This document shows positions 37,167 to 47,037 of a DNA stretch of 64,000 nt, in pieces. The first letter of the stretch is position 1, and each line of letters starts with the position of its first letter. The notes beneath the pieces were generated by a model that did not search any database, was not told the DNA's origin, and saw only the letters and a program-made list of their open reading frames with translations. Source of the stretch: an uncultured Desulfospira sp. (lineage in GTDB: Bacteria > Desulfobacterota > Desulfobacteria > Desulfobacterales > Desulfobacteraceae); the NCBI GenBank assembly GCA_963663165.1, contig OY760175.1, positions 6,560,001-6,624,000 on the forward strand. The letters are read 5' to 3'. Made by a program: the position numbers and the translations under genes.

Positions 37167-38462
37167 TTACTTATTTTTGAGCAAATCCGCCACCTGATTT
37201 TGGGCCTGATTTGCAATTTCACTGATAATCTGGTCAAAATTTTTCCCTACCAGCTGTCTGGCGCGATGGATAAAATAGGGAACCGGGCTCGAAGGCTCAG
37301 ATCCGCCGTACCATGCGGTCAGTTTATCCAGCCAGGTTAAGATATCATTCCTGGACCGGATGTTAAAGCCGGACTGCCGGATGGCCGGCGTGCTGTCCAG
37401 AACCGGATACCCGTCCAGGGGGCCGAACAGGGCCTGGATCTGGGGGATCTCAGGGCCCAGGACACTGGTCAGAATCTGGACAAAGTTTTTCCCTACCAGG
37501 GATTTGGCCCGGTCAAGGAGCATGGCCACCGGGCTTGCCGGTTCATTTTGTTCATACCACTGGATCATTTCGCTGAGCAGGGCATACACATCGTCCCGGC
37601 TTCTCAGATCGCCCTGGGGTGCCGGTGCCGCCGCAGCCGCTGGTCCGGCATCCTGATCCGCCTCACCTGCCGGGGCATCCGGGTCTGCCCCGTCCCCTTG
37701 CGCCGCGGCTTCCGGTTCTGCTGCCTGGGGCGCGGCAAAGGGTTCAACACAGGACAGAACCGCCGTGATGGCATCGGCGAATTTATGAAGCTTGGACATA
37801 TTGTTCTGGGAACCGGCGGATTCGTCCAGGAAGGCGTCTATGGTTTTAACCTGTTCTAACGTCTCCTTGAGCGCTGCCACCAGATTCTGGGTGAACTCCG
37901 GGTCCGTATCCCTGACCGCCGCCTCAATCAGGGTGATATCCGGGGGGGCTTCCCCTTTGGGCGGCTTGATTTCCCCCCGGGCCACCAGAATGTCCCGATA
38001 GGAGAATTCGCCGATCTGCCGGGATTTGCAAATGGGCATGTTCCTGATATTCTCCATCAACGGAGAGGTAAAGTCGGAGAAGCTGCTTAAAATGCCCATC
38101 CGCTGTTCATAGGGGTTGGGGTCATCAAAATCGGCTTCCGGAAAAATATGTTCCCAGAACGTCGACAGCATCTGGGACAAAAACTCAATGCCCTCCTTGA
38201 GCCCGGCAATCCCGTGGTTGGCCGTCATGGCGCAGATTAAATGGTAAATGACCCACATTTCCTTGCCGCGAAGCAGCAGGTCCCGGGACAGGGATTCCAC
38301 CTGCTGCCAGTCCGGGGGCTCGGCCTTGGAAAACTGGGTTTCTTCTTTTCCCTTGGCCTGCTCTTCCAGCACATAGTATTCGGTCAGGTCGGACAGATCT
38401 TCGCCGCAGGGCTCATCTTCCGAGACCTTCGCCAGTAATTTATCAAAGTTTAATATGCTCAT
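37167..38462 (-). CDS. tssA: T6SS TssA (ImpA_N) with tandemly duplicated C-terminal domain
   Basis: PCGEDL, PDWQQV and W..IFP in N-domain; two RSR.D...EP.SPV..RA..LVGKNF units. Confidence 0.9.
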   Translation of the reverse strand: MSILNFDKLLAKVSEDEPCGEDLSDLTEYYVLEEQAKGKEETQFSKAEPPDWQQVESLSRDLLLRGKEMWVIYHLICAMTANHGIAGLKEGIEFLSQMLSTFWEHIFPEADFDDPNPYEQRMGILSSFSDFTSPLMENIRNMPICKSRQIGEFSYRDILVARGEIKPPKGEAPPDITLIEAAVRDTDPEFTQNLVAALKETLEQVKTIDAFLDESAGSQNNMSKLHKFADAITAVLSCVEPFAAPQAAEPEAAAQGDGADPDAPAGEADQDAGPAAAAAPAPQGDLRSRDDVYALLSEMIQWYEQNEPASPVAMLLDRAKSLVGKNFVQILTSVLGPEIPQIQALFGPLDGYPVLDSTPAIRQSGFNIRSRNDILTWLDKLTAWYGGSEPSSPVPYFIHRARQLVGKNFDQIISEIANQAQNQVADLLKNK

Positions 38463-39102
38463 GTAAGCTCACGCTTGAGTTTGATATTCGCATATCCGGT
38501 CCGGCCAACGTCCGTTCCCATTCGTCTATGATTTCACTGCCGGAAAAGTTGGCCTTTGAAAGGCCGGTGATCCGGTCAGTTGAAATAATGGTGAAAATGG
38601 GAAATTCATTGTCCAAAGCCCGGGTGAACGGTTTTAAATCAGGGACATCCACCAATGACAGATACCCGGATTTAATCTCTTTTTTGGATGTTTCCAGTTT
38701 CTGGCCGGACAAGGTCTGATAAAAATCGTCAATGTCCGATACCGTGTAAAGTGCTTTATAAATTTGGAGCAGTCCGTCTCTGACGGCAAACAGCTGTGCC
38801 CATTTGAGTTCATTTTTAATACCGGATTTTCCCAACGGCACAAACAGGCTGAAGGGAAAATTTCTCAGACCGTCCGAGGACTGCATGATAATACCGGTAA
38901 TCAGGGGCGCATCTTTGGCCGGAAAAAATAAAAAGTGCCAGATGCCTTCAGGGATCAGGGTGTTTTTCTGCCCGAACACCTTGAGCATCCACTCCTGCCA
39001 CAGGCTGCCGGAGGGGGAGGCAATGGTATTGATATAATCCTTGTAAAAGGGAAGTTTGCCGTAAACTTCCACCATGTATTCGGTTTTAAATATCCCTAAC
39101 AT
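38443..39102 (-). CDS. tagF: TagF-like T6SS regulator
   Basis: YGKLP..DYI, W..W, WHFLF and S.DGLRNFPF motifs; position after tssM. Confidence 0.7.
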   Translation of the reverse strand: MLGIFKTEYMVEVYGKLPFYKDYINTIASPSGSLWQEWMLKVFGQKNTLIPEGIWHFLFFPAKDAPLITGIIMQSSDGLRNFPFSLFVPLGKSGIKNELKWAQLFAVRDGLLQIYKALYTVSDIDDFYQTLSGQKLETSKKEIKSGYLSLVDVPDLKPFTRALDNEFPIFTIISTDRITGLSKANFSGSEIIDEWERTLAGPDMRISNSSVSLHEHIKL

Positions 39103-39116
39103 GGGCGTTTGCTCGC

Positions 39117-42100
39117 TTATTTGACAGCCATGGGAATATATCCGGGCAGGGATTCATCCCATTCGATGATCAAGTGAATGCCCTCAGGCTTCTCTGCCGT
39201 GTCATTGACAAAGAAGTCCAGGGCAAGCTCCCATTCCCTGGTATTGGCAGTCCGGGTCGGTTTGCCGTTGCGCACCACAAAGGCCGGGAATGAAAAATCA
39301 TTTTCCAGCAGCAGTACCTTGGCCGATTCCCGGGTTTCTTCGTTTTCCACTGAGAACTGGACCGGCACATCCTGGTCAATGGACCATACCCCTTTGGTGG
39401 ACTTGTACCGGTTGCCGCTGAACCGCAATTTGAGGGTCCTGCCGCCGCCGTCCGGGTGCAGGCCCCGGATTTCCAGAACCGTGTATTGTTTTGAAATCTG
39501 GGAATCTTCCTCCACCATGGAAATTTTAACCTCATGGATTTTGGGTTCTTTTTTCTGGTCGTAAAGAAAATCCATCCATACCAGGGCCGGCTTGATCACC
39601 TGGTGTTTATTGCCCTTGGGGTCTTTTTCAATGGCCTGCCGGATCCCGTATTTTTTGTCCAAGGCGTCCAGCCCCGAGGTTTCGTTAAAGCAGAAGTCAT
39701 AAAAATCAGCGTTTGAAACCGTTGCGTGATGAACCGAGATAATGCTGGCATTCCGTTTGGAAAAACATTCAATATCCGTTACCCGGGCAAAGGGATAATG
39801 CCCTTTAAACTTATTCCGCCATTGGCCGAGCAGGTCCTTTTTCCCCTGGCTGACCCCGGAGGCATACCCTTTTTTAAGCATATTTAAGCCATGCTGCTGG
39901 ATTTTTTCAAGACGGCCGGCAAGAATTTCCCCGCCGCCAAGCCCTGAGTCCACCCGGCTTCTGAAAGATGAAAAGGATTTAAAATCTTCCATCAGGCTGT
40001 CATCCAAAGCACTTAAGGCCTCAGAAGGGCTGTCCGACAGGCCGTCCACGCACTGGTAAAACCGGTCCTGGGCACTGCCTAAGGCACCGAGATTGCCCGA
40101 GGCCATGCTGTACACAAAGGCGGTCCGGGTCAGTTCTTTCTCAAGCCCTTTGACGGATTCATCCCGGTCTTCGCCCAGAATTTTTTTCAGATTTTCAAGC
40201 CCGCTTGAGGTGACGTTTTCCAAAAACAGGTTAAAGGGCCATGATCCGGGGTCCAGGAACAGCCCCCGTTTTTCAATGACCTTTTTGCGGTACTGTCCCC
40301 ATGCCTTTGTGGCCAGAATGGTACTGGACGGGTCATAGTTTCTCAGGGTGTTGTTCCAGAAGGTCAGGTAATCCTTATAGGTCTGGGTCATGACCCCGGT
40401 GATCTGGCCGGTCCCTGAGCTGATATCCGGGCGGGACGGGTATTTGGTGATCAGCCAGGAGTTGATGCCGGCAAATATGGTAAATTTTTCTTCCAGCCAC
40501 TTGATCCGGGCCCCATGGGGAAGGTCCATGGTCCTTGTCAGCATGGTTTCCTTAAGGCCGTTGCCGTCCAACACCGTGTTAATGGCCAGAAGGGCGGCTT
40601 TTAGATCCGCATCCCAGATCTCATCGCCCAGATAGGTGCTGATTCCGGTTTGAAGCCGTTCTTTTTCCCATCCCGGGGCGGTGAGGGCCGCCACCTTTTC
40701 AAACAGGTCTTTTTCAAGCGCGGCTTTTTTGGCCTGCCATTCCGTATCCCAGGCTTCCAGAAACCCCACAATTCTTTCCGGATTCTGCCGGATCATTTTT
40801 TCATGGGATTCCTGCAGCAGCGGGGCAAATTTGAGGGTGCCCCCCACCACCTCAAAAACCGACTGGAATTCCGGGTGCATGTTCCCGTCGGCCGTGACCA
40901 GGGATTCGAGAAGATCCGGGTAATTTTGAAGATCCGTGAGAATGGTGTTTCGGCTTTCTTTACAGACAGCGGCATGGCGGCTGACCGTGGACTGGAAAAA
41001 GACAATTTCTTCCTGGTTTTTTCCATTTTCCAGCAGGGCGGACAGGGCCTCATAATCTTTAAGGCATTGATCGCACAGCTTTGCCGGGAATACGGCGCTG
41101 TCCGCACTGCTGTATTCCAGCAGTTTCTGGGCGGCGGAAAGGAAGAGCCCGCCGTTGTACTTAAAGGCCATTTCCCCGGATATCTCCATATGGGGGGCGT
41201 TGATCATGGCCTTGTACTGTTTCATAGCCTCAATGAGATCGGTTTTGAGCATGGCCCAGTTTTTTTCCGGAAAGGTCTTCCAGAACTGGTTGAGCCCGGA
41301 GATCTCCTGACGGATAAACAGCCTTGCCTTTTCCGGGTCTTTATGGGTCAGGCCGAGCACCTCCCCTTTGGGAAATTCGTCCACAAGGTCCAGGACCTCG
41401 CCGGGCTCAACATCCATCCAGGAGGAGGTTTCCTTGGCCGTGAGAATATCGGTCTTCAAGGAATACAGCTCCCTTGGGCTGTCCACCAGGATCCCTAGTC
41501 CGGCCATGAGGTTGTCAAACAGTTTAATTTTTTCCGGGTACTGGTCCGGGTATTTGGCCACGGCATTGGCTGCGGTTTCCATGACCGGCCTGAACAGCCC
41601 TTTCAGGACCACGGCATCCTCAATATTTTCCATGTCAGCGATAATGGAGTTATCTTTGCTTCTCAGGAACCGGTAGGATATGCCCTGGGAGGAAAGGCGG
41701 TTCCGGTCTTCATTGATGACTTTGGCCAGTTTCACGACCTCGCTGGCCTGGCGGACCTGGGAAACCCCTTTATCGGTCCCCACCGTCTTCATGGCCTGTT
41801 CAACCCGTGCCCGTGTGGGCTTGAGGACCCGGGTCAACAGGGAATACCCGGTCCACAGATACCAGACAGAGGCCAGTGAAAAAACAAGGGCAATGGCCAT
41901 GGCGGCCAGTTTTAGTTTTCGTTCCTTAGTGGACACATTGCCCACCCGGGTGACCAGCCCGTTTTCAAGAAAGACCTTTTTGTAAAAGTTGTAAATAAAA
42001 TAAGGCCGGGACTTGGAAAAGGAGTCTGAAAATTCCTGAGCCCCTGAGCCATCTTGGGATTCAAGGGCCTTTACAATGGCCTGGCCTTCCTGAAGGCCGC

Positions 42101-43217
42101 TGCTGAAAAAGCAGCCCCGGAACAGCAGGGGGGCATGAAATTTGTCTTCTTTAAAGATGGTGCTCAAATAAGATTCAAGGGGCTTTTTAATCTTGCCGAA
42201 CCCGGTGGGAAAAGAAAAAATCCGGTCTGCCTCGTTTCCCACGGGAAGGTCCCTAAGCCTGCGAAGGGACCATTTATAAAACCGGTGCCTTAAGGTTTCA
42301 AATTTTTCATGAAAGGATTGCGGGTTAAAGGGGGTGGGGGATACATCGGCATTCCAGCCTAAGATCTGTGTGTTTTCAATGGAGGAGAGGGAGGCGCAGA
42401 ATTCGGTGAACCCGTTGATCAGGTCGGATTTGGATACCATGATGTAAACGGGAAACTCAACCCCGAGAACATTGGTGATCTCAAGGAGCTTGTCCCTTAT
42501 TTTGCCGGCCTTTTCCTCAACCTGCCCGGCACTGTCATACAGGAACGATGTCACGGGGATGGTGATGATGATATTGTTAATGGGGCATTTGGGGCGGTAC
42601 TTCATTAAAAGCTTTAAAAATGCGTGCCATTCTTCTTTGTCCGGGGCTGAATCCACGGGCATGGTAAACCGGCCGGCCGTGTCAATGATCACCGCGTCAT
42701 TGGTAAACCACCAGTCGCAGTTTACCGTCCCCCCGGCACCGGAAAGGGCATCCCGGCCAATGGGGAAATCAAGCCCGGACCGTTTCAGGGTGGTGGTTTT
42801 TCCGGACTGGGGCTCTCCGATTAAAAGGACCCAGGGGATATCGTAAATATTGATTTTGGCGGATTTCAAGGTCTCCATGGCGGTCTGCCATTTGTCCTTA
42901 AGGGAGCCCACCGCTGTTTTAAGCTGCTGCTGGCGCTGCTTTTTCTGTTTAACGGTTTCCCCTAAAGCGGCCTCCATTTTTTTGGACCGGTTCACCTGGA
43001 TGTTTTTCCACAGAAGGTAGATGATGACCAGAAACAGGATAATCAGCAGCAGGCCGCCGATGATCAGATACAGGTATTCTGTCCCCAGAGAAGACATCAG
43101 CCGGATGAAAATAAGGGTCACCATAATACCGCCGATAATTCCGGCAATCAGTTTGGCCGCAGCTGATCCGAGAAAACGGCCGGCCAGCCCCCCTAATGTA
43201 GACAGCATAGAGATCAT
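39117..43217 (-). CDS. tssM: T6SS membrane complex TssM (IcmF) with divergent periplasmic region
   Basis: N-terminal TMs, PWVLLIGEPQSGKTT, CDWWFT, DTAGR, FPVY...KSDL..GF, RG.FFSSG.QEG. Confidence 0.92.
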   Translation of the reverse strand: MISMLSTLGGLAGRFLGSAAAKLIAGIIGGIMVTLIFIRLMSSLGTEYLYLIIGGLLLIILFLVIIYLLWKNIQVNRSKKMEAALGETVKQKKQRQQQLKTAVGSLKDKWQTAMETLKSAKINIYDIPWVLLIGEPQSGKTTTLKRSGLDFPIGRDALSGAGGTVNCDWWFTNDAVIIDTAGRFTMPVDSAPDKEEWHAFLKLLMKYRPKCPINNIIITIPVTSFLYDSAGQVEEKAGKIRDKLLEITNVLGVEFPVYIMVSKSDLINGFTEFCASLSSIENTQILGWNADVSPTPFNPQSFHEKFETLRHRFYKWSLRRLRDLPVGNEADRIFSFPTGFGKIKKPLESYLSTIFKEDKFHAPLLFRGCFFSSGLQEGQAIVKALESQDGSGAQEFSDSFSKSRPYFIYNFYKKVFLENGLVTRVGNVSTKERKLKLAAMAIALVFSLASVWYLWTGYSLLTRVLKPTRARVEQAMKTVGTDKGVSQVRQASEVVKLAKVINEDRNRLSSQGISYRFLRSKDNSIIADMENIEDAVVLKGLFRPVMETAANAVAKYPDQYPEKIKLFDNLMAGLGILVDSPRELYSLKTDILTAKETSSWMDVEPGEVLDLVDEFPKGEVLGLTHKDPEKARLFIRQEISGLNQFWKTFPEKNWAMLKTDLIEAMKQYKAMINAPHMEISGEMAFKYNGGLFLSAAQKLLEYSSADSAVFPAKLCDQCLKDYEALSALLENGKNQEEIVFFQSTVSRHAAVCKESRNTILTDLQNYPDLLESLVTADGNMHPEFQSVFEVVGGTLKFAPLLQESHEKMIRQNPERIVGFLEAWDTEWQAKKAALEKDLFEKVAALTAPGWEKERLQTGISTYLGDEIWDADLKAALLAINTVLDGNGLKETMLTRTMDLPHGARIKWLEEKFTIFAGINSWLITKYPSRPDISSGTGQITGVMTQTYKDYLTFWNNTLRNYDPSSTILATKAWGQYRKKVIEKRGLFLDPGSWPFNLFLENVTSSGLENLKKILGEDRDESVKGLEKELTRTAFVYSMASGNLGALGSAQDRFYQCVDGLSDSPSEALSALDDSLMEDFKSFSSFRSRVDSGLGGGEILAGRLEKIQQHGLNMLKKGYASGVSQGKKDLLGQWRNKFKGHYPFARVTDIECFSKRNASIISVHHATVSNADFYDFCFNETSGLDALDKKYGIRQAIEKDPKGNKHQVIKPALVWMDFLYDQKKEPKIHEVKISMVEEDSQISKQYTVLEIRGLHPDGGGRTLKLRFSGNRYKSTKGVWSIDQDVPVQFSVENEETRESAKVLLLENDFSFPAFVVRNGKPTRTANTREWELALDFFVNDTAEKPEGIHLIIEWDESLPGYIPMAVK

Positions 43218-43222
43218 GGGTT

Positions 43223-43933
43223 TTAGTGTCCTTTAGTCAAAAATACGCTTACATTATGGATAAACTTGGAGGCATCGTGCCAGAGCAGCTGGCTTGAAAT
43301 CATGTATACCACCACAGAGACCACCAGTACCGTGGTAATGGCCACAACGCCGAACATGGGCGGCAGCATGGCCCCGGGCTTGACAATGGCCTCTTCGGCA
43401 CCCGGCGAAAGCCTTCGTTCGTCTTCAGGCAGCCGTTCGCTGATTAGGGCATAGAGCCTTTTTTTCATCTCTTTGTCCCGGACGATTTTCCGGTCAAACC
43501 CGATGGCCAGACAGACAAAAAACAGTTCGGCCAGCTCCGGGTCCCGGTAGCCGTCGTTTTCCAGGAGTTCAAAAAAACGTTCCCCGGCAATGCTTTTGCC
43601 GAAAAGATCCATTTCCAGGGGATGGGCCTGCCAGTCGCTGCTGTACTCTGAGGACGAAAAAATAACGACCTCGTCGATGAGTGCGGTCAGCACATATTTG
43701 ATCAGGTCCAGCCGGGTATGAAACTCGGAGAATTTGAGCAGCCGGTTTTCAACTTCGGCCAGAAGGGACTTTGCGTCGTTTCTCAATACATCCGGAGACA
43801 GCTGTTCTCCTTTGGAAAGCTTTTGCTTCAGGTCTACCAGGTAGTCCAGAAGGGGGGCGGCGGACCGGACAATCAGATTCCCTGACGATGCCGGTAATGG
43901 CGGTGTCATCCCCTGTGATGGGCTGCTGTACAT
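43223..43933 (-). CDS. tssL: T6SS TssL (DotU family), no OmpA domain
   Basis: KYVLTALIDE, W...PL...F....AGERFF, CLAIGF and C-terminal TM; ATG 43933 has a CAGGAG RBS. Confidence 0.9.
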   Translation of the reverse strand: MYSSPSQGMTPPLPASSGNLIVRSAAPLLDYLVDLKQKLSKGEQLSPDVLRNDAKSLLAEVENRLLKFSEFHTRLDLIKYVLTALIDEVVIFSSSEYSSDWQAHPLEMDLFGKSIAGERFFELLENDGYRDPELAELFFVCLAIGFDRKIVRDKEMKKRLYALISERLPEDERRLSPGAEEAIVKPGAMLPPMFGVVAITTVLVVSVVVYMISSQLLWHDASKFIHNVSVFLTKGH

Positions 43934-43976
43934 AAAAAACTCCTGATTTACTGCCGTTGCCGGCATCAAATTTACG

Positions 43977-45338
43977 CTATTGTTTGATGTGAACAAACAG
44001 CTTCATATCCGGCAGTAAATTGCCGGGTATGCCCCTGATTTCAAACATCAGTTCTTTTCTGAACTGGTCGACAAACTCCAGGTTGTCCGTAAAGCTGAGC
44101 TTAAAGTAATGAAGGCCGCTGCGGTCCTGAAGCCCGATGGGGATTTTTTTAATGTTCTGGCAGGATATCCCCCGGCGCCGTTCGGCCAAAAGGTCATCAA
44201 TAATGGACGGGGGCCCCATTTTGACCCTCAAGTCGCTGATAATGGAGATCAGTTCATTGTCTGTCATATCGGTTTCAATACACAGGTAAGCCGGGAAATC
44301 CTTTTCAAGCCACTCCAGATCAAGGGGACACAGCCGGGTGTTTTTGCGAAGTTCAAAATCCCTTTGGACGAATTCGGGCACCACCCCGCCTTCCAGGAGG
44401 CTCCAGATCAGCTCAAACAGCCGGTCCATGACCTGGGTTAAGTGGGTGTGCCGGTATTCGGGAACATCCAGGGGCATTTCCGTGATCAGGGCCGACAGCT
44501 GGCCGGCCAGCCGGACCAGCTCCAGGTAAAGCTGAAGGGGATGGGTTTCATCCATGGCGGTCAGCTGCCGCAGCACCAGCCCGAAGCTTGCCGTGATCTG
44601 GCACCGGCTCAGGGACATGAGGGCATTGGCCGGATCAGCCAGAAGCATCCGGTGTTTTTCGGTTAATTCCCGCCGGATATAGGTGGCCTGGTTGTTCAAG
44701 TGGACCACCAGGTTGGTCAGTTTTTCCCTGAACCCCGGTGCGGCATTTAAATTGAGCAGGGGGGGGATAAAATCCGGGTTGACGGTGGGCAGGTCGGTCT
44801 GGGGGGAAAGAACAATCTGGGAGATCTGGATGCTTTCAAACTCTTCTTCCGGGGGATCCCCGAAAAACAGCCGGACATTCCACAGCCGGATCTGGATGGC
44901 CTGTTCATTGTCCCCGGTAGAATCATCTTCAACTTCGATTTCCCGGATGACCGCAGGCTTTACGGCCCCGGTATTCTCTTCTCCAAATTTATGGACGCTG
45001 GGCAGGTGGTCTTCTTTTTTCCGGATGGCTGCCCAGACCGGCAGCACCGTGTTTTTATTCTCAAAAAATTCCTGAAAAGACTTTTCCGGTGCCACGGCGT
45101 TGCCCGGGATTTCCACCCAGGTTCCGTCGGCCATCCTGAAAGAGGCCCGGTGGATTTTGAGCCGGAACCCTTCTAAAGCGTTTTTGTCAATGGCAATGGC
45201 GGCCACCCCCCAGTTGTTGGGGACGGTCAGGTTCTGATTGATGATTCTGGTGTTTGCAGACTGTTCTGCCACCTGGAAATGATGGGGCTGGATAAACATC
45301 CCCTCATGCCAGTTTACCGGTGCTGTGCCATAAATCAT
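43977..45338 (-). CDS. tssK: T6SS baseplate subunit
   Basis: VNWHEGMFIQPHHFQ, WGV, DGT, FIPPLL, HP..LY.EL..LAG.L, Y.H. Confidence 0.94.
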   Translation of the reverse strand: MIYGTAPVNWHEGMFIQPHHFQVAEQSANTRIINQNLTVPNNWGVAAIAIDKNALEGFRLKIHRASFRMADGTWVEIPGNAVAPEKSFQEFFENKNTVLPVWAAIRKKEDHLPSVHKFGEENTGAVKPAVIREIEVEDDSTGDNEQAIQIRLWNVRLFFGDPPEEEFESIQISQIVLSPQTDLPTVNPDFIPPLLNLNAAPGFREKLTNLVVHLNNQATYIRRELTEKHRMLLADPANALMSLSRCQITASFGLVLRQLTAMDETHPLQLYLELVRLAGQLSALITEMPLDVPEYRHTHLTQVMDRLFELIWSLLEGGVVPEFVQRDFELRKNTRLCPLDLEWLEKDFPAYLCIETDMTDNELISIISDLRVKMGPPSIIDDLLAERRRGISCQNIKKIPIGLQDRSGLHYFKLSFTDNLEFVDQFRKELMFEIRGIPGNLLPDMKLFVHIKQ

Positions 45339-45787
45339 TGTTTAAGCTCCAAATTATTTTCCCTGATCAAAATGTCAAACTGGTTCTGTGACTTGGGGCA
45401 GTCAATTACCAGCTGCTGGGCCTCCCGGTTCATGGCCTCTTCAAAATCCGCGTAGATCAGGACCTTGGTGATGTCATGTTTAATGACAAGTTCTTTGGTC
45501 CGCTCCCCGCCGCCGCGAATGGCCAGGGGGTATAACTCGTCATCCAGAAGTGTGTCCCTAAACTGGCTCCCGAACCAGTCCTCAGGGCCGATGGTAACAA
45601 TCTTCTTTAACACCGCATCCGGGATGACAATGATGTCAACCGGGAGCAGGACACCGGCATTGATGGCCGGGTCTGCCGTGAAATTGAGGGTTAAATTCCT
45701 GGGTTTGCCCGGTCCTTTTGTCGCACAGGACGTGATTAACGCAGCACTCAGCATACAAATGACGGCTTTTAATACCCATTTTTTCAT
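45335..45787 (-). CDS. tssJ: TssJ-like T6SS lipoprotein
   Basis: Lipobox ITSC, AD..IN motif, position immediately upstream of tssK; divergent. Confidence 0.65.
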   Translation of the reverse strand: MKKWVLKAVICMLSAALITSCATKGPGKPRNLTLNFTADPAINAGVLLPVDIIVIPDAVLKKIVTIGPEDWFGSQFRDTLLDDELYPLAIRGGGERTKELVIKHDITKVLIYADFEEAMNREAQQLVIDCPKSQNQFDILIRENNLELKQ

Positions 45788-45800
45788 TTGATTTTTACTC

Positions 45801-47036
45801 CTAGGAAATGACTTTATTTTTAATGGTTTTCCGGACAATGTTTTCCGCTAACCCTTCCAGTTCAGCCTCTTTTAATACCCGCTTTACGGCAGCGGATACA
45901 GAGGCGCTTGAATTGGAACGCGGCGGGAACAGCCCTTTATGATCCCCATGATCAATGGCCCCGTTAATCCGGTGGCCCAGTTCTTTTTCAAACAGGGTTA
46001 CGGCATCCCTGTGGGCGGCCAGTACGGCCACCAGGTTTTTTTCCAGCCGTTTGACCCGGTTGTTCAGGTCTGCCTGCTGGGTGGTGTTCAATGCCGTCTC
46101 AAAGTCCAGATCCTGATCCGGCCGTGCCGGGGTTCCTTTGGCAAACCCCGCGGAAACCGCATCTTCGATAAATCCGGAGATAATCCGCTCTATGCGGAGA
46201 AAGGAACCGGCCAGTATCTTTTTAAACGGATCCACCTCCTTTGGGGGATCCGGTGCTGCCTTCGGGGGGGCCTGAAACCGGTTTGAAGCACCCTCAACAA
46301 AAGCGACATCCCCATTTAATACCCTTGCGGCCGGACTTTTCTTTTCGTTAAGAACCGCCTCAATAAACCCCTGAATATCCACCGGCTTTGTATTGGCGTC
46401 ACTGGCCATATCCAGGATGGCCCATACCCTGGGGGGGGTGATGCGCTGGTCCTTGTGGAAAAACCGGTACTTGGGATATACATTACACGGCCCTGACCCA
46501 AAAAACATGTTTTTTTTAAAGTCAGGGCTTAACAATCTTTTTATTCCCTCAAAGGCATCCAGCTGTTTGGGACGGTAGAACTCAGGCTGCTGAAAAATAT
46601 GTGAGATGTCTATATAGCTTGTTTTTTGCTGCAGCCTGTCCCAGATTTGTTTTAAAGGGGCCGTAAAATCGTAAACCTCCAACGGGTCATTAAAAAAACC
46701 GTCTTCAAGGAGGACACCGCCTTGTGAAGCCGGGATCTCGCTGATTTCGACCATGGTGCCGCCCACCAGTAAAATCATCCCGGGCTTAAGTTTGATTTTA
46801 TCCACCTTTGAGCCCTCAAACCAGGTGCCGGAAAGGCTCTTTTCATCGGTCAGGTAGCTGTCTTTCCCCTCTCTTGTGACACTGGCATGCCATCTGGATA
46901 TGGTCATATCAAAGGGAAGGGTGAGGTGGTTGCCGACCTGTCTGCCGATCAGGACCGGGGAACGGGTATCCCGGATGCAGGTCCTCAGGCCATCCATGGG
47001 GCCGCCGATCACCTCCAATGCCATGGTCGTATCCAT
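45801..47036 (-). CDS. Cytoplasmic FHA-domain protein (TagH/Fha-like)
   Basis: IGR..., ISRWHA and D.KS..GTW FHA motifs; ATG 47036 just after the upstream stop. Confidence 0.85.
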   Translation of the reverse strand: MDTTMALEVIGGPMDGLRTCIRDTRSPVLIGRQVGNHLTLPFDMTISRWHASVTREGKDSYLTDEKSLSGTWFEGSKVDKIKLKPGMILLVGGTMVEISEIPASQGGVLLEDGFFNDPLEVYDFTAPLKQIWDRLQQKTSYIDISHIFQQPEFYRPKQLDAFEGIKRLLSPDFKKNMFFGSGPCNVYPKYRFFHKDQRITPPRVWAILDMASDANTKPVDIQGFIEAVLNEKKSPAARVLNGDVAFVEGASNRFQAPPKAAPDPPKEVDPFKKILAGSFLRIERIISGFIEDAVSAGFAKGTPARPDQDLDFETALNTTQQADLNNRVKRLEKNLVAVLAAHRDAVTLFEKELGHRINGAIDHGDHKGLFPPRSNSSASVSAAVKRVLKEAELEGLAENIVRKTIKNKVIS

Positions 47037-47037
47037 C

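Noticed and set aside
40650..41498. 282-aa + strand ORF (also 47156-47920)
   Set aside because: Antisense shadows of tssM and the Pro-rich FHA gene
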